In this document: piece by piece, positions 1 to 9,162 of the stretch
Layout: every line of letters starts with the position of its first letter
How positions within the stretch are numbered: position 1 is the stretch's first letter
Position numbers and translations under genes: made by a program
Notes under the pieces: model-generated
Told to the model about the DNA's origin: nothing
Seen by the model: the letters and a program-made list of their open reading frames with translations, nothing else
Database searches by the model: none
DNA from: Coprothermobacterota bacterium
GTDB taxonomy: Bacteria; Coprothermobacterota; HKB111
Assembly: GCA_037440465.1 (NCBI GenBank)
Contig: JBBIUB010000011.1
Coordinates: forward strand, 1 to 39,181
Length of the DNA stretch: 39,181 bases
Direction: 5' to 3'

Positions 1-2504
1 TTAATAGAGGCAGCGAACACATCTAAGCGATAAGGTTCTTTGTGATGCAGGTCATAGAATACAGCTCCTCTGTGAAGGTCATCCTGAACCTTATCCCAGA
101 CATCCTCTCTGACTACTTCAAATAAAGGATGACCTGGCGTTACCCATTCCAGAGTCGGGTCTTCAGTTAATTCCTTTTTATCAAAGACAACATACTTATA
201 GTCTTTTCCTAAAGGGCCGAATCTACCCTGCAATCTTTCAGCAATAGGAAACAAGGTTCGTGGTACTCTTCCGATACGATAAGATTCGTTTTTGCTCTTA
301 GTAGGATGGATCCCGGTAAGAGGCGCTGCTCCCAGAAAGAATTTCTGGACTATTTCCGGGACAAGTCGTCTTTCTTTTGCTTCAGTAGATTTACCAACAA
401 TAGCGCTCAGGTTTAATTCCTTTTTAGCGAGCCCTTCTAAAGTAGACCGGCAAATTCTTTTGAATCGTTCTATGTCAACTTCCTCTACCACTCTATCCAA
501 TACATTTTGCAATGTGGTTTTTCTGGCATAAAGATCACGAATCAGCCTTTCGAGCATATTGGCAGGGAAAACATCTCCTACTACATCAAATACTTGATCT
601 GTCCCGAGGGCACTCCGAATTTCCCTCAGACGCTCAAGGAGTTTATCAAGGACTCTTCCCTCCCTTGTATTACGAGCTACAAAATTAAATATCAAACAGT
701 CATGTTCTTGACCGTAACGATGAATACGTCCCATACGCTGTTCAAGTCGCAAAGGGTTCCAGGGAATATCGTAATTTATCATCAACCAGCAGAATTGGAG
801 GTTTATTCCTTCACCTGCGGCTTCTGTAGCTACAAGCACTTGGGATTCTTCTCTGAATTCCCGTTCAGCATAAATTCTTGTTCCTTTGGAATCCCGGTCG
901 CCAATTCTCATTCCACCATGGATTCTTGTTACGGTAAGACCCCATTCTTGAAGTTTTCCTTTTATACCTAAAGACTCGTTTCCAGCAAGATAATCGAGGG
1001 TCTCTCTGTGTTCGGTAAACAGGAGTAGTTTGGTTTTGGGATTTCCGAATATATTCTGGTCCTGTAAAACCTCTTTTAGTTTCTTAAGCTTAGATTCTAT
1101 TTCTCTTTTCTCCAATACTTTGGCTTGGGTAATAAGACTGTCTAACTCTCCAATTTCTTCCCGGATGCTTTCTCTGTCCTGTGATAAGGATGCGGCTTCA
1201 ATCTGTTCGATGAGCAACTCTCTTTCCTCTTCTGGAAGTTCATCAAGGTCTTCTAACTTACTTTCATCAAAACTAGGTGGAAGGTGAGGAATCTTTAGTT
1301 GCTCTTCCAGTTTCTCTTTTCTTCTCTCAAGACTACGACGGAGGGCATACATGCTGGAAGCAAACCGGCGCTGAAGCATAGCCATGGTAAATCCAAGCGC
1401 TCTACCTCGTGGTGATTCATCTTCGGCTGCTTTTATTGACTGATCTTCAACATACCGGGTTAAGGCATCATAAAAATCGTATTCATTTCCATCCAGATCA
1501 AATTGTGCAGTGCGAACCTCGCGTTTGGTAAATATCTTCTTAACTTCTCCTGATTCCGGGTTAGGAAAAGTAACCAATGCTTCTTTAATTCGGCGAAGAT
1601 AGAACGGTGCATAGTTTCTTTCAATTGCATCTTCAAGGCTTTTCACATCTCCGTAAACATCTCTATCAAGAAGTTGCAGGAATAAACAAAAGTTTTGAGG
1701 GTCTCCTTTATGAGGAGTAGCTGTAAGCAAAAGATAATGGTCAGTTTTTAGGGAAAGGATTTCACCTAATCTATAACGCTGACTCTTATGCTCAGGATCA
1801 CTGGCGCTCATCTTGTGAGCCTCATCTACGATAACTAAGTCCCATGAGGCTTTTTGCAAACTGTCTTGAACTTCTCCTCTTTTAGCCCAGTCCATTGAGG
1901 TTAAAACTTGATTCTTGTCCTGCCACGGATTCGTTCCGTAGGCATTCCTTAAATCTATCCCTCGCAATATATCAAACTTCTCTCTGAACTTATCCAGCAT
2001 CTCCCGCTGCCATTGAAAGGCAAGATTGGCGGGTGTGATAATTAAGGTTCTCTGCACAAGCCCACGAATTTTTAGCTCTTTCAAAAGAAGCCCTGCCATA
2101 ATGGTTTTTCCTGCACCAGCATCATCGGCTAAAAGAAAACGGATTCTGGGTAAAGGCAGGATATTGTCATAAACAGCTTCTAACTGGTGGGGTAGAGGAT
2201 CAACTCTGGCAATTGAAAGGGAAAAGAAGGGGTCATATTCATGAGCCAGAGCTAAACGATAGGCTTCAATGCCCAAACGAAATCTGTCAGGATTGCCATC
2301 CATGGGTTCATCTATTGGAGGAATCTGGAGGGTATTAATTTGAGATTCATTAAGTACTCGTTCATGGTATTGACCTGTATGTAAACCGACTCCGCCTATC
2401 TTCCATTGATTACCTAAAGGCTGAACCAGTACTATTCGCAATGGCTCTGGGAGGATGTTGCCTTTTGCGATTGAATTTGGATGAAGAGGATTATTATTTT
2501 TCAT
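1..2504 (-). CDS. SNF2/RapA-like SF2 helicase, 3'-truncated by the window edge (834 codons visible)
   Basis: Not in the ORF track because it has no stop in the window. Manual translation from ATG 2504 gives PLPHQLEAV, RFLLADDAGAGKT (motif I), LVIVDEAH (II), LLLTATPH (III), LLLFTEHRET, VATEAAGEGINLQ (V) and WNPLRLEQRMGRIHRYGQ (VI). Frame checked at 2105, 1826 and 734. Confidence 0.93.
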   Translation of the reverse strand, partial: MKNNNPLHPNSIAKGNILPEPLRIVLVQPLGNQWKIGGVGLHTGQYHERVLNESQINTLQIPPIDEPMDGNPDRFRLGIEAYRLALAHEYDPFFSLSIARVDPLPHQLEAVYDNILPLPRIRFLLADDAGAGKTIMAGLLLKELKIRGLVQRTLIITPANLAFQWQREMLDKFREKFDILRGIDLRNAYGTNPWQDKNQVLTSMDWAKRGEVQDSLQKASWDLVIVDEAHKMSASDPEHKSQRYRLGEILSLKTDHYLLLTATPHKGDPQNFCLFLQLLDRDVYGDVKSLEDAIERNYAPFYLRRIKEALVTFPNPESGEVKKIFTKREVRTAQFDLDGNEYDFYDALTRYVEDQSIKAAEDESPRGRALGFTMAMLQRRFASSMYALRRSLERRKEKLEEQLKIPHLPPSFDESKLEDLDELPEEERELLIEQIEAASLSQDRESIREEIGELDSLITQAKVLEKREIESKLKKLKEVLQDQNIFGNPKTKLLLFTEHRETLDYLAGNESLGIKGKLQEWGLTVTRIHGGMRIGDRDSKGTRIYAEREFREESQVLVATEAAGEGINLQFCWLMINYDIPWNPLRLEQRMGRIHRYGQEHDCLIFNFVARNTREGRVLDKLLERLREIRSALGTDQVFDVVGDVFPANMLERLIRDLYARKTTLQNVLDRVVEEVDIERFKRICRSTLEGLAKKELNLSAIVGKSTEAKERRLVPEIVQKFFLGAAPLTGIHPTKSKNESYRIGRVPRTLFPIAERLQGRFGPLGKDYKYVVFDKKELTEDPTLEWVTPGHPLFEVVREDVWDKVQDDLHRGAVFYDLHHKEPYRLDVFAASI

Positions 2505-2725
2505 TAATTCTTTGTCCTCTTAATATTCTCAATATTCTTCAAGCCAGTTTCCTCAGCCATTTCCAGAAGCAGATTAAGTAAAAAAGGATGTAGCTTCCGG
2601 GTGCCTTTTTGCCAACTCCACTGCCAGAGATTTCGCATCATAGATTTTCGGAAGAGAAAAGTCTCCTTTGGAAGAATGGTTATTTGGATATGTTCGTTAA
2701 TTTTTCCTAAATACTCCTTAATCAT
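2504..2725 (-). CDS. Small hypothetical protein (73 aa)
   Basis: Purine-rich SD-like sequence (GAGGTGAAAGGGGAAT) before the ATG. The stop overlaps the helicase start (TAATG). No recognisable motif. Confidence 0.45.
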   Translation of the reverse strand: MIKEYLGKINEHIQITILPKETFLFRKSMMRNLWQWSWQKGTRKLHPFLLNLLLEMAEETGLKNIENIKRTKN

Positions 2726-2741
2726 ATTCCCCTTTCACCTC

Positions 2742-2975
2742 CTACCCTCCCAGAATCGGGGGAATCAGTTCCACCATATCACCCTCTGTCAGGATATCTT
2801 CCAGCGAAGAGATTCTTCCATTCACTCTGACCACCAGCGGTGGATTTTTTGATATTCCAAAGGAATCCAGTAAGTCTTTTATTGTGGTGCCTCCAGATAC
2901 TGTTATACGACCAGCTTGAACGTAATTTTTAACTATGGAATATGGTTTTATCTGGATGGATATTGTCGCTACCAT
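2742..2975 (-). CDS. MoaD/ThiS family sulfur-carrier (ubiquitin-like) protein
   Basis: About 77 aa with TIKDLLDSFGI, VRVNG, LTEGDMVELIPPILGG and a C-terminal GG. ATG 2975 overlaps the end of the upstream gene. Confidence 0.88.
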   Translation of the reverse strand: MVATISIQIKPYSIVKNYVQAGRITVSGGTTIKDLLDSFGISKNPPLVVRVNGRISSLEDILTEGDMVELIPPILGG

Positions 2976-4294
2976 CTTTCCCACAACCTTTTAGCGCGAA
3001 AAGATGCTTCTTTTCGGATTTTATCCTCATCAATTCCCTTTATTTCACCATTTCTCAATAGAATTATACCCTTCGCTATTGTAGTATTCACTTTGCTTTT
3101 AGTTATACCATAAATAAAATGTCCCAACCAATTATTTTCATTAAGAGGTGTAGGGGGTAAATAGTCCATAACAATGAGGTCGCCAATGGCACCTTTCTCA
3201 ATCTTACCAAAAGGATATGAAAAGAATCGGGAAGCATAAACAGGGTTATTCTTGAGGAGAAGGGATGGAATAGTGGAAAAACCTGCCTTTGGATTTCCTG
3301 ATTTATCCCGGCTTAAAAGAAAGGCGAGACGAACCTCTCTGAGCATATCTGGAGACATACCATCAGTACCCAGGCCAGGCAATACATCCCGCTCCATCAA
3401 CTTTTCAACAGGTAGATAACCCACAGCATTTTTCATATTTGATTCAGGGTTATGTACCAGAATAGAGTCTGTCTCTCTAATAAAATCCCATTCAGAAGGG
3501 GTGAGATGAATACCATGAGCCAGAATGGTTTTGGGACCCATAACTCCTGCTTTATAAAATCTTTCTATTACTGATTGCCCGTATTTTTCCTCGGTCAATA
3601 CCTGGTCTTGCTGGTCTTCTGCTGCATGAAGATGAAATCCTGCGCCATAAGAAGAACCAACTTCTACACACTCCTTAAGCGTCGCATCAGAAATAGTAAA
3701 GGAAGCATGAAGTCCAAATAGTGCTTTTAAATCACCCTTTACAGATTGAAGATAACGAAGATTTTCTTTGATTCCAGCTCGGGCAATCTCTTTTCCATCT
3801 CTATCAGATACTTCATAACATAGTGCACCTCTCAAGCCAACTTCATTGAAAGCCTGGGTTAAATAATCCAGAGAACCAGGAATAGCCCACGGGCTGGCGT
3901 GATGGTCAAAGATGGTGGTAGTTCCACATTTAGCTGCTTCTATCAAAACCACCAGGGCACTATAGTAAATGTCTTCCGGGTCTAAGGCTTTATCAAGCCT
4001 CCACCACAAATTCTTTAAGACTCCCAGAAAGTTTTCAGGGGCAGAAGGTAGAGAGATACCGAGAGCGAAGGTGGAATAAAGATGCATGTGAAGGTTTATA
4101 AAGGCAGGCATTATAACTCTATCCTGTGCATTCACCAGAATGGCTTCAGGGTGTTTTGTCTTTAAGCAGCTGAAATCACCTACTTCTTCTATAAAACCGT
4201 TCTTTATAACCACGCCCCCATCAAGGAGAATTCTGCCTTCTCCAGGGTCGGTAACCACTATTCCCTTCCCTATTAGGAGATAGCTCATTGTCAT
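2969..4294 (-). CDS. ssnA: SsnA-like amidohydrolase (purine/nucleoside deaminase superfamily)
   Basis: PAFINLHMHLYS, LWWRLDKAL, GTTTIFDHHASP, GLHASFT, HLHAAE, HNPESNMKNAVG, LGTDG. Confidence 0.85.
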   Translation of the reverse strand: MTMSYLLIGKGIVVTDPGEGRILLDGGVVIKNGFIEEVGDFSCLKTKHPEAILVNAQDRVIMPAFINLHMHLYSTFALGISLPSAPENFLGVLKNLWWRLDKALDPEDIYYSALVVLIEAAKCGTTTIFDHHASPWAIPGSLDYLTQAFNEVGLRGALCYEVSDRDGKEIARAGIKENLRYLQSVKGDLKALFGLHASFTISDATLKECVEVGSSYGAGFHLHAAEDQQDQVLTEEKYGQSVIERFYKAGVMGPKTILAHGIHLTPSEWDFIRETDSILVHNPESNMKNAVGYLPVEKLMERDVLPGLGTDGMSPDMLREVRLAFLLSRDKSGNPKAGFSTIPSLLLKNNPVYASRFFSYPFGKIEKGAIGDLIVMDYLPPTPLNENNWLGHFIYGITKSKVNTTIAKGIILLRNGEIKGIDEDKIRKEASFRAKRLWERW

Positions 4295-5667
4295 TGCCTC
4301 CTTATGAACCTTCCATCACCGGGCTTCCCAATTACCATATCATCATTAAAGACTTCTTTGCCTCGTAGAAACACCATTTTTACCTTCCCTTTTATCTTAA
4401 GGCCGTTAAAGGGGGTGTATTTATTCTTACACTTTAATATATCAGGAGTTACACTCCAGATTTCTTCAGGATTTATTAAAACGAAATTAGCATCTGCTCC
4501 AGAAGAAAGAGAGCCATTATGTGGGTAAAGACCCCAAACTTTTGCAGCATTAGTAGAAGTAATATTGACAAGAGTTTCAAGGTTAATTCTACCCTTTAGA
4601 TAACCTTCACTGAACATAAATGGAAGCATAAGCTGAACACCTGGAATACCTCCATAGTCAGAGAAAATAGAACCGGTGCTTTTTTCTCGGGGATACTCAG
4701 CAGGTGCATGGTCGGTTGCTATATAGTCTATTACCCCTTTCTTCAAACCTTCCCATAAAATCTCCCTGTCTTCAGGGGTCCGTACAGGAGGTGCTGTCTT
4801 GAGGATGCTTCCCAGTGAGTTAAAATCATCTTGAGTGAAAAACAGGTAATGTGGTGCTGTCTCAGCAGTAACCAGTTGTCCTCTTTCTTTAGCCAGAGAT
4901 ATCTCTTCTACAGATACTCCCGATGAAATATGGACAAAATGAACTCTACCATCTGTCGTCCCTTGAACATTCAAAATATTCATTACTGCCATTATCTCTG
5001 CTTCAATCGGTCTTGCCTTGTTCCAGGATAGTGGTGAAAAATCTTTTTCTTCTAAAACCTTCTTTGTAGAAAGTTCCACCAGGGCTTCATCTTCAGCATG
5101 CACCAGCATTGGAATATTAGTATGCCTTAACATCTTAAGCACCTGATATATATCTTGATAACTCAGTCCAGGGTAATTAATTCCTCCGGATATTGTTCTA
5201 ACCTTGAAACCAAGAACGCCTTTTTCTACCAAGCCATCTATATCTTTTTTGAAGGTCTCCTTTTTAATTGTGGAGCCACTTATACCACCATAAAGACCAA
5301 AATCTATAAAGGATTTATTAATTATTTCTTCAAGTTTTATTTTCAGATTCTCCGGGCTGGTAACTTCCGGGATAGAAGTGGAGGGTATGTCCATAACCAT
5401 AGTAACACCACCATAAAGCGCGCTTAGTGAACCATGGAAAAAATCTTCTCTAAATGTATAACCGGGGTCGTTAAAATGAACATGAGGGTCTATGGCACCG
5501 GGTAAAAGTAGAAGACCTTCAGCATCAACCACCTTCCCTGCTTCTAACTCAACTCCTTTGCTTATACCAACTATCTTTTCTCCAACCACCAGAATGTCTC
5601 TGGTTAGAGTTTTATTTCCCTCCATCATCGGGATGGTGGCATTTTTTATAAGAAGGTCAACTACCAC
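4291..5667 (-). CDS. Cyclic amidohydrolase, allantoinase/dihydroorotase family (allantoinase-like)
   Basis: PGAIDPHVHFNDPG, GFKV (carbamylated Lys position), HAED, HFVHIS, ETAPHYL, ATDHAP. It lacks the Arg of the dihydroorotase HxREPG motif. Confidence 0.8.
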   Translation of the reverse strand: MVVDLLIKNATIPMMEGNKTLTRDILVVGEKIVGISKGVELEAGKVVDAEGLLLLPGAIDPHVHFNDPGYTFREDFFHGSLSALYGGVTMVMDIPSTSIPEVTSPENLKIKLEEIINKSFIDFGLYGGISGSTIKKETFKKDIDGLVEKGVLGFKVRTISGGINYPGLSYQDIYQVLKMLRHTNIPMLVHAEDEALVELSTKKVLEEKDFSPLSWNKARPIEAEIMAVMNILNVQGTTDGRVHFVHISSGVSVEEISLAKERGQLVTAETAPHYLFFTQDDFNSLGSILKTAPPVRTPEDREILWEGLKKGVIDYIATDHAPAEYPREKSTGSIFSDYGGIPGVQLMLPFMFSEGYLKGRINLETLVNITSTNAAKVWGLYPHNGSLSSGADANFVLINPEEIWSVTPDILKCKNKYTPFNGLKIKGKVKMVFLRGKEVFNDDMVIGKPGDGRFIRRQ

Positions 5668-6226
5668 AATCCTTTACAAGTTCCTCCACCACTCCGAGCA
5701 GAGCCAGAGACCAATTTTCCAGTGTTAAATTTTTTAGTTCTTCAAGTTTAAAAAAACTTCCATTCTTAAGAGGGGGCTCAGTTTCTACCAGAAACACCGC
5801 TCCTATATGGACCTGGTCCACCCTTCGCTCTTCCAGGTTCAAAAGACCATGAAAAGTCATCTTGGAAGGAATTAAGTTTAGCTCTTCTTTCAATTCCCTT
5901 AAAGCCCCTTTCTTGATAGCCTCAGGTATAGTTTTACCTTCAGAAATCCGGATGTGACCCCCAACTCCAATAGACCAGAGGTCTCTAAGCCTTTTTTCAC
6001 TTCCATGTTTTCTCTGGTAGGCATATATTGAATTGTTATGTCTTAAGAGGGCGTAGGAAATAACCTGTTTGAGATTTGAGTCTTCTTCAGCTTGATTACG
6101 ACCAATTGAAAAACCCGAGTTGGCAATCTGCTCCAGATATGGCAAGGCTTCCTTGTAAGGTATAAAACCAAGAAAGAAACCCGACTTAAAAAGGTCTTTC
6201 CTTTTAACAACCAGAATCTGTTCCAT
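5657..6226 (-). CDS. Nudix-family hydrolase / predicted phosphoesterase
   Basis: SIGVGGHI...ALRELKEEL Nudix box; QVHIGAVF. Confidence 0.8.
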   Translation of the reverse strand: MEQILVVKRKDLFKSGFFLGFIPYKEALPYLEQIANSGFSIGRNQAEEDSNLKQVISYALLRHNNSIYAYQRKHGSEKRLRDLWSIGVGGHIRISEGKTIPEAIKKGALRELKEELNLIPSKMTFHGLLNLEERRVDQVHIGAVFLVETEPPLKNGSFFKLEELKNLTLENWSLALLGVVEELVKDCGS

Positions 6227-6437
6227 CTTTTTCTGAGATAGGCAGTACTACTTCAATTGCAAAGTCAGGACATCTTAATTCACAAAGCTTACAGCTAATA
6301 CAAGCAGATAAATCTTTCACAATAACACTATTATTCTGGTCTTCTTCCAGCACATTTGTTGGGCAAAAAGCAACACATATTCCACATTTTTTACACCACT
6401 CCTGATTAATCTCAATACTAATTGCTTTTTCCGGCAT
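6204..6437 (-). CDS. 2x[4Fe-4S] ferredoxin (2-oxoacid oxidoreductase delta-subunit-like)
   Basis: CKKCGICVAFCP and CISCKLCELRCPDFAI. The AGGAG SD spacing favours ATG 6437 over 6443. Confidence 0.9.
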   Translation of the reverse strand: MPEKAISIEINQEWCKKCGICVAFCPTNVLEEDQNNSVIVKDLSACISCKLCELRCPDFAIEVVLPISEKDGTDSGC

Positions 6438-7209
6438 TTCCATCTCCTGTTAATTTATTCCAGTTTAAATTTATTCTTCTGCTTAACTCTCTTCTGGAAA
6501 CACTCTTTATTTGCGCTGCTATGTCATAGGTTTCAACTATAAAAGCAGGTTCGCAAAGCGTTCCCCTCTTGCTCTGAGGAGAAAGATAGGGAGCATCGGT
6601 TTCCAGAAGAAGTTTATCCATTGGTATAAAACGTAAAGCATCTCTTAAACCCTGGGCTTTTGGATAGGTAATGTTACCTGCAAAAGATATGTAACCACCA
6701 AGATCCAGTGCTCTTTTTGCTTCATTTACATTACCTGAAAAACAGTGAAAAATCAAGTCAGGTAGGTCTTTTTCTTGCTCCAGAACCATAAAAGCATCCT
6801 TGTAAGCATCCCTTATATGTAAAATCAAAGGTAATTTTACTTCTTTTGATAGATTGAGGAAGGCTTCCAGAGCCATTATCTGTTCTTTTTTGTTTTTTGG
6901 TGAACGGTAATAATCTAAACCCACTTCTCCTATAGCGATGACTTTGTTCTCGGGAGACAAGATTTTTTTATAATCCTCTAAATTAAACCCTTTACCATCA
7001 TGAACATCGCTGGGGTGAAGGCCTACGGCAGCATAGAGATTTGGATACTGTTTAGCTAATTGTACTGCTTCCTGACTGTTTTTTAAATCATAACCCACAA
7101 CCAGAATTCTCCCTACTCCTACTTCTTCGCTTCTCTTGAGTATCTCATCTACTCTTTTATAAAATCTTGGAGAATTCAGGTGAGCGTGCGTATCAATTAG
7201 TTCATTCAA
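6418..7209 (-). CDS. tatD: TatD family nuclease
   Basis: IDTHAHL, VGLHP, AIGEVGLDY, LHIRDA, FHCFSG, LLETDAPYL. Confidence 0.95.
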   Translation of the reverse strand: MNELIDTHAHLNSPRFYKRVDEILKRSEEVGVGRILVVGYDLKNSQEAVQLAKQYPNLYAAVGLHPSDVHDGKGFNLEDYKKILSPENKVIAIGEVGLDYYRSPKNKKEQIMALEAFLNLSKEVKLPLILHIRDAYKDAFMVLEQEKDLPDLIFHCFSGNVNEAKRALDLGGYISFAGNITYPKAQGLRDALRFIPMDKLLLETDAPYLSPQSKRGTLCEPAFIVETYDIAAQIKSVSRRELSRRINLNWNKLTGDGNAGKSN

Positions 7210-8733
7210 TTACTGCAACCTCGGAAAAAGAGCAGAGAGACTGATATTTATAGGTGTATGTGGCTTTAGTTTAAAGAGTGACAATTCCTCTTCAAGAGTT
7301 TGTTCAACTTTGTAATTGAGCGCCCCTAAAACCTTCTCAGAAGTAAAAGGCATCACCGGGCTCATGAGTAAAGCTCCAATCCTGATTCCTTCTAATACAT
7401 AGTAAAGCGTGTTCTCTCTGTCTTCAGATGAAGCACTCCAGGGTCTTTTTTTATCAATATAAGTATTCAAAAAACGAACGATGTTATTTACAGTTTTCAA
7501 AGCTTCTTTAGGAGAGAAAGAAGCAAAAGATTGTTTATAGGAATCAAAAAATCCAATAATATTATCAATGAATTCCCGGTCAAGAGAACCAATGGTATTA
7601 GGTATTTGATTCAGAGATATCTTATTCATAAACCCAAAAGTACGATGAATTAAGTTCCCCCAATCGTTTGATAAATCAGAGTTATATCTTTTAAAAACCC
7701 CTTCAAGATTAAAATCGGTATCGCTCCTTTCTGGTCCATCCATGACAAGATAATACCTAAGGGCATCTGCTGCTACTTCCTTACTTATACCCGAAACTTT
7801 CTCTAATTCTTCCATAATAACGATAGGGTCAAATATATTCCCACCCGACTTAGACATCTTGGAGCCAACTACAAGCAAATACTCATGAACCATTATATGG
7901 TGAGGCAAAGGCAAGTCAAGTGCCATTAAAATAGCAGGCCACAGAGCTGCATGATGTCTTAAAATATCCTTTGCCATGACCTGCACAGTTGGTGGCCACC
8001 AAGTTGTGAAGATGATGTCATCTTTTAAATAACCTATAGCACTAACATAATTGAGAAGTGCATCCAGCCAAACATAGATAGAATGAGAAGGGTTTGACAG
8101 AACAGGTATGCCCCAGGATACTTCTGAACGGCTAACAGAAATATCTTTAAGCCCTTGTTCAACAAATGAAATTATCTCTCTAAACCTTCCTTCCGGTACA
8201 ACAAAATCTGGATGCCCTTTATAATAATCAAGAAGTCTATCCTGATATCTACCCCAGGAAAAAAAGTAAGTCTCTTCCTCAATAAACTCCACAGTGATCT
8301 GGTGTGTTGGACATTTACTTTCTATTAGTTCCTCAGGAGTATAGTATGACTCGCAGCGAGAGCAATACCAACCTTTATAAAAACCTTTATAGAGATCACC
8401 ATTTTCCAGTAACTTTTCAAATACTTTTTGTACAATCTCTTCGTGTCGTTTTTCAGTTGTTCTGATAAAGTCATCATAGGAGATGTGGAGAGAACCCCAG
8501 GTCTTAATAAATTCAGAAGCAAGTTCATCACAATGCTGTTGGGGAGAAATTCCTTTAGCTAAAACCAGGCGTTCTATGTTTACACCATGTTCATCAGTAC
8601 CTGTTAAGAAAAATGTTTTTTCACCTTTTAAACGATGATAACGGGATAGAACATCTGCCAGAACAGTGGTATATGTAGTTCCCAGATGTGGTCTTGCATT
8701 GACATAATAAATAGGAGTAGTTATATAAAACAT
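7210..8733 (-). CDS. metG: Methionine--tRNA ligase (short form, no C-terminal tRNA-binding domain)
   Basis: FYITTPIYYVN..PHLGT, TGTDEHG, DFIRTTE, YVWLDAL, KDILRHH, KMSKS. Confidence 0.96.
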   Translation of the reverse strand: MFYITTPIYYVNARPHLGTTYTTVLADVLSRYHRLKGEKTFFLTGTDEHGVNIERLVLAKGISPQQHCDELASEFIKTWGSLHISYDDFIRTTEKRHEEIVQKVFEKLLENGDLYKGFYKGWYCSRCESYYTPEELIESKCPTHQITVEFIEEETYFFSWGRYQDRLLDYYKGHPDFVVPEGRFREIISFVEQGLKDISVSRSEVSWGIPVLSNPSHSIYVWLDALLNYVSAIGYLKDDIIFTTWWPPTVQVMAKDILRHHAALWPAILMALDLPLPHHIMVHEYLLVVGSKMSKSGGNIFDPIVIMEELEKVSGISKEVAADALRYYLVMDGPERSDTDFNLEGVFKRYNSDLSNDWGNLIHRTFGFMNKISLNQIPNTIGSLDREFIDNIIGFFDSYKQSFASFSPKEALKTVNNIVRFLNTYIDKKRPWSASSEDRENTLYYVLEGIRIGALLMSPVMPFTSEKVLGALNYKVEQTLEEELSLFKLKPHTPINISLSALFPRLQ

Positions 8734-8775
8734 AAGAACGAGCCTCTCTTTTCAACTACATATTTATTATAAAAA

Positions 8776-9162
8776 ACACCCGAGTGAGCTGTAAGCCGGG
8801 TTCTGTCATAGTGCAGTCATTTATCTACGGATATCGATTGCTCGATACCTCATGCAGCCTACCCGAAGGCTCAAGGGGTCCTGTCATCGCCTTCCTATTT
8901 GGCCTTGCTCCAAAGGGGGTTTACCATGCTACCTTTGTCACCTCAGGCACGGTGAGCTCTTACCCCACCCTTGCACCCTTACCCCACACACACTTAGGAA
9001 AGTTAATATCAAGCGAATGCGGGGCGGTCTCGTTTCTGTGGCACTTTCCCGAGGTCGCCCTCGCTGGGTATTACCCAGCCTTTTACCCTACGGAGTCCGG
9101 ACTTTCCTCAAAGGCTCACTTTTATGGTGAACCTTCGCGACTGCAACCGCTCACTCAGGTGT
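8776..9162 (-). ncRNA. rnpB: RNase P RNA (bacterial, type A-like)
   Basis: The minus strand contains GAGGAAAGTCCGGACTC, GGAAAGTGCCACAGAAA, GGTAAACCCC..GGAGCAAGG and ACAGAACCCGGCTTA. The ends pair as P1 (ACACCTGAGTGAGC / GCTCACTCGGGTGT). Exact mature ends are uncertain. Confidence 0.96.

Noticed and set aside
292..1287. Plus-strand ORFs 292-531, 507-971 and 1030-1287
   Set aside because: They are antisense shadows of the minus-strand SNF2 helicase frame.
2742..2984. Ubiquitin-like protein near a helicase as a ubiquitin-conjugation defence system
   Set aside because: No E1, E2 or JAB genes in the window. The protein looks like an ordinary MoaD/ThiS and is coupled to ssnA.
8734..8775. T-box riboswitches upstream of metG, ileS or asnS
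   Set aside because: The upstream gaps are only about 6-42 nt and no T-box motif is visible.
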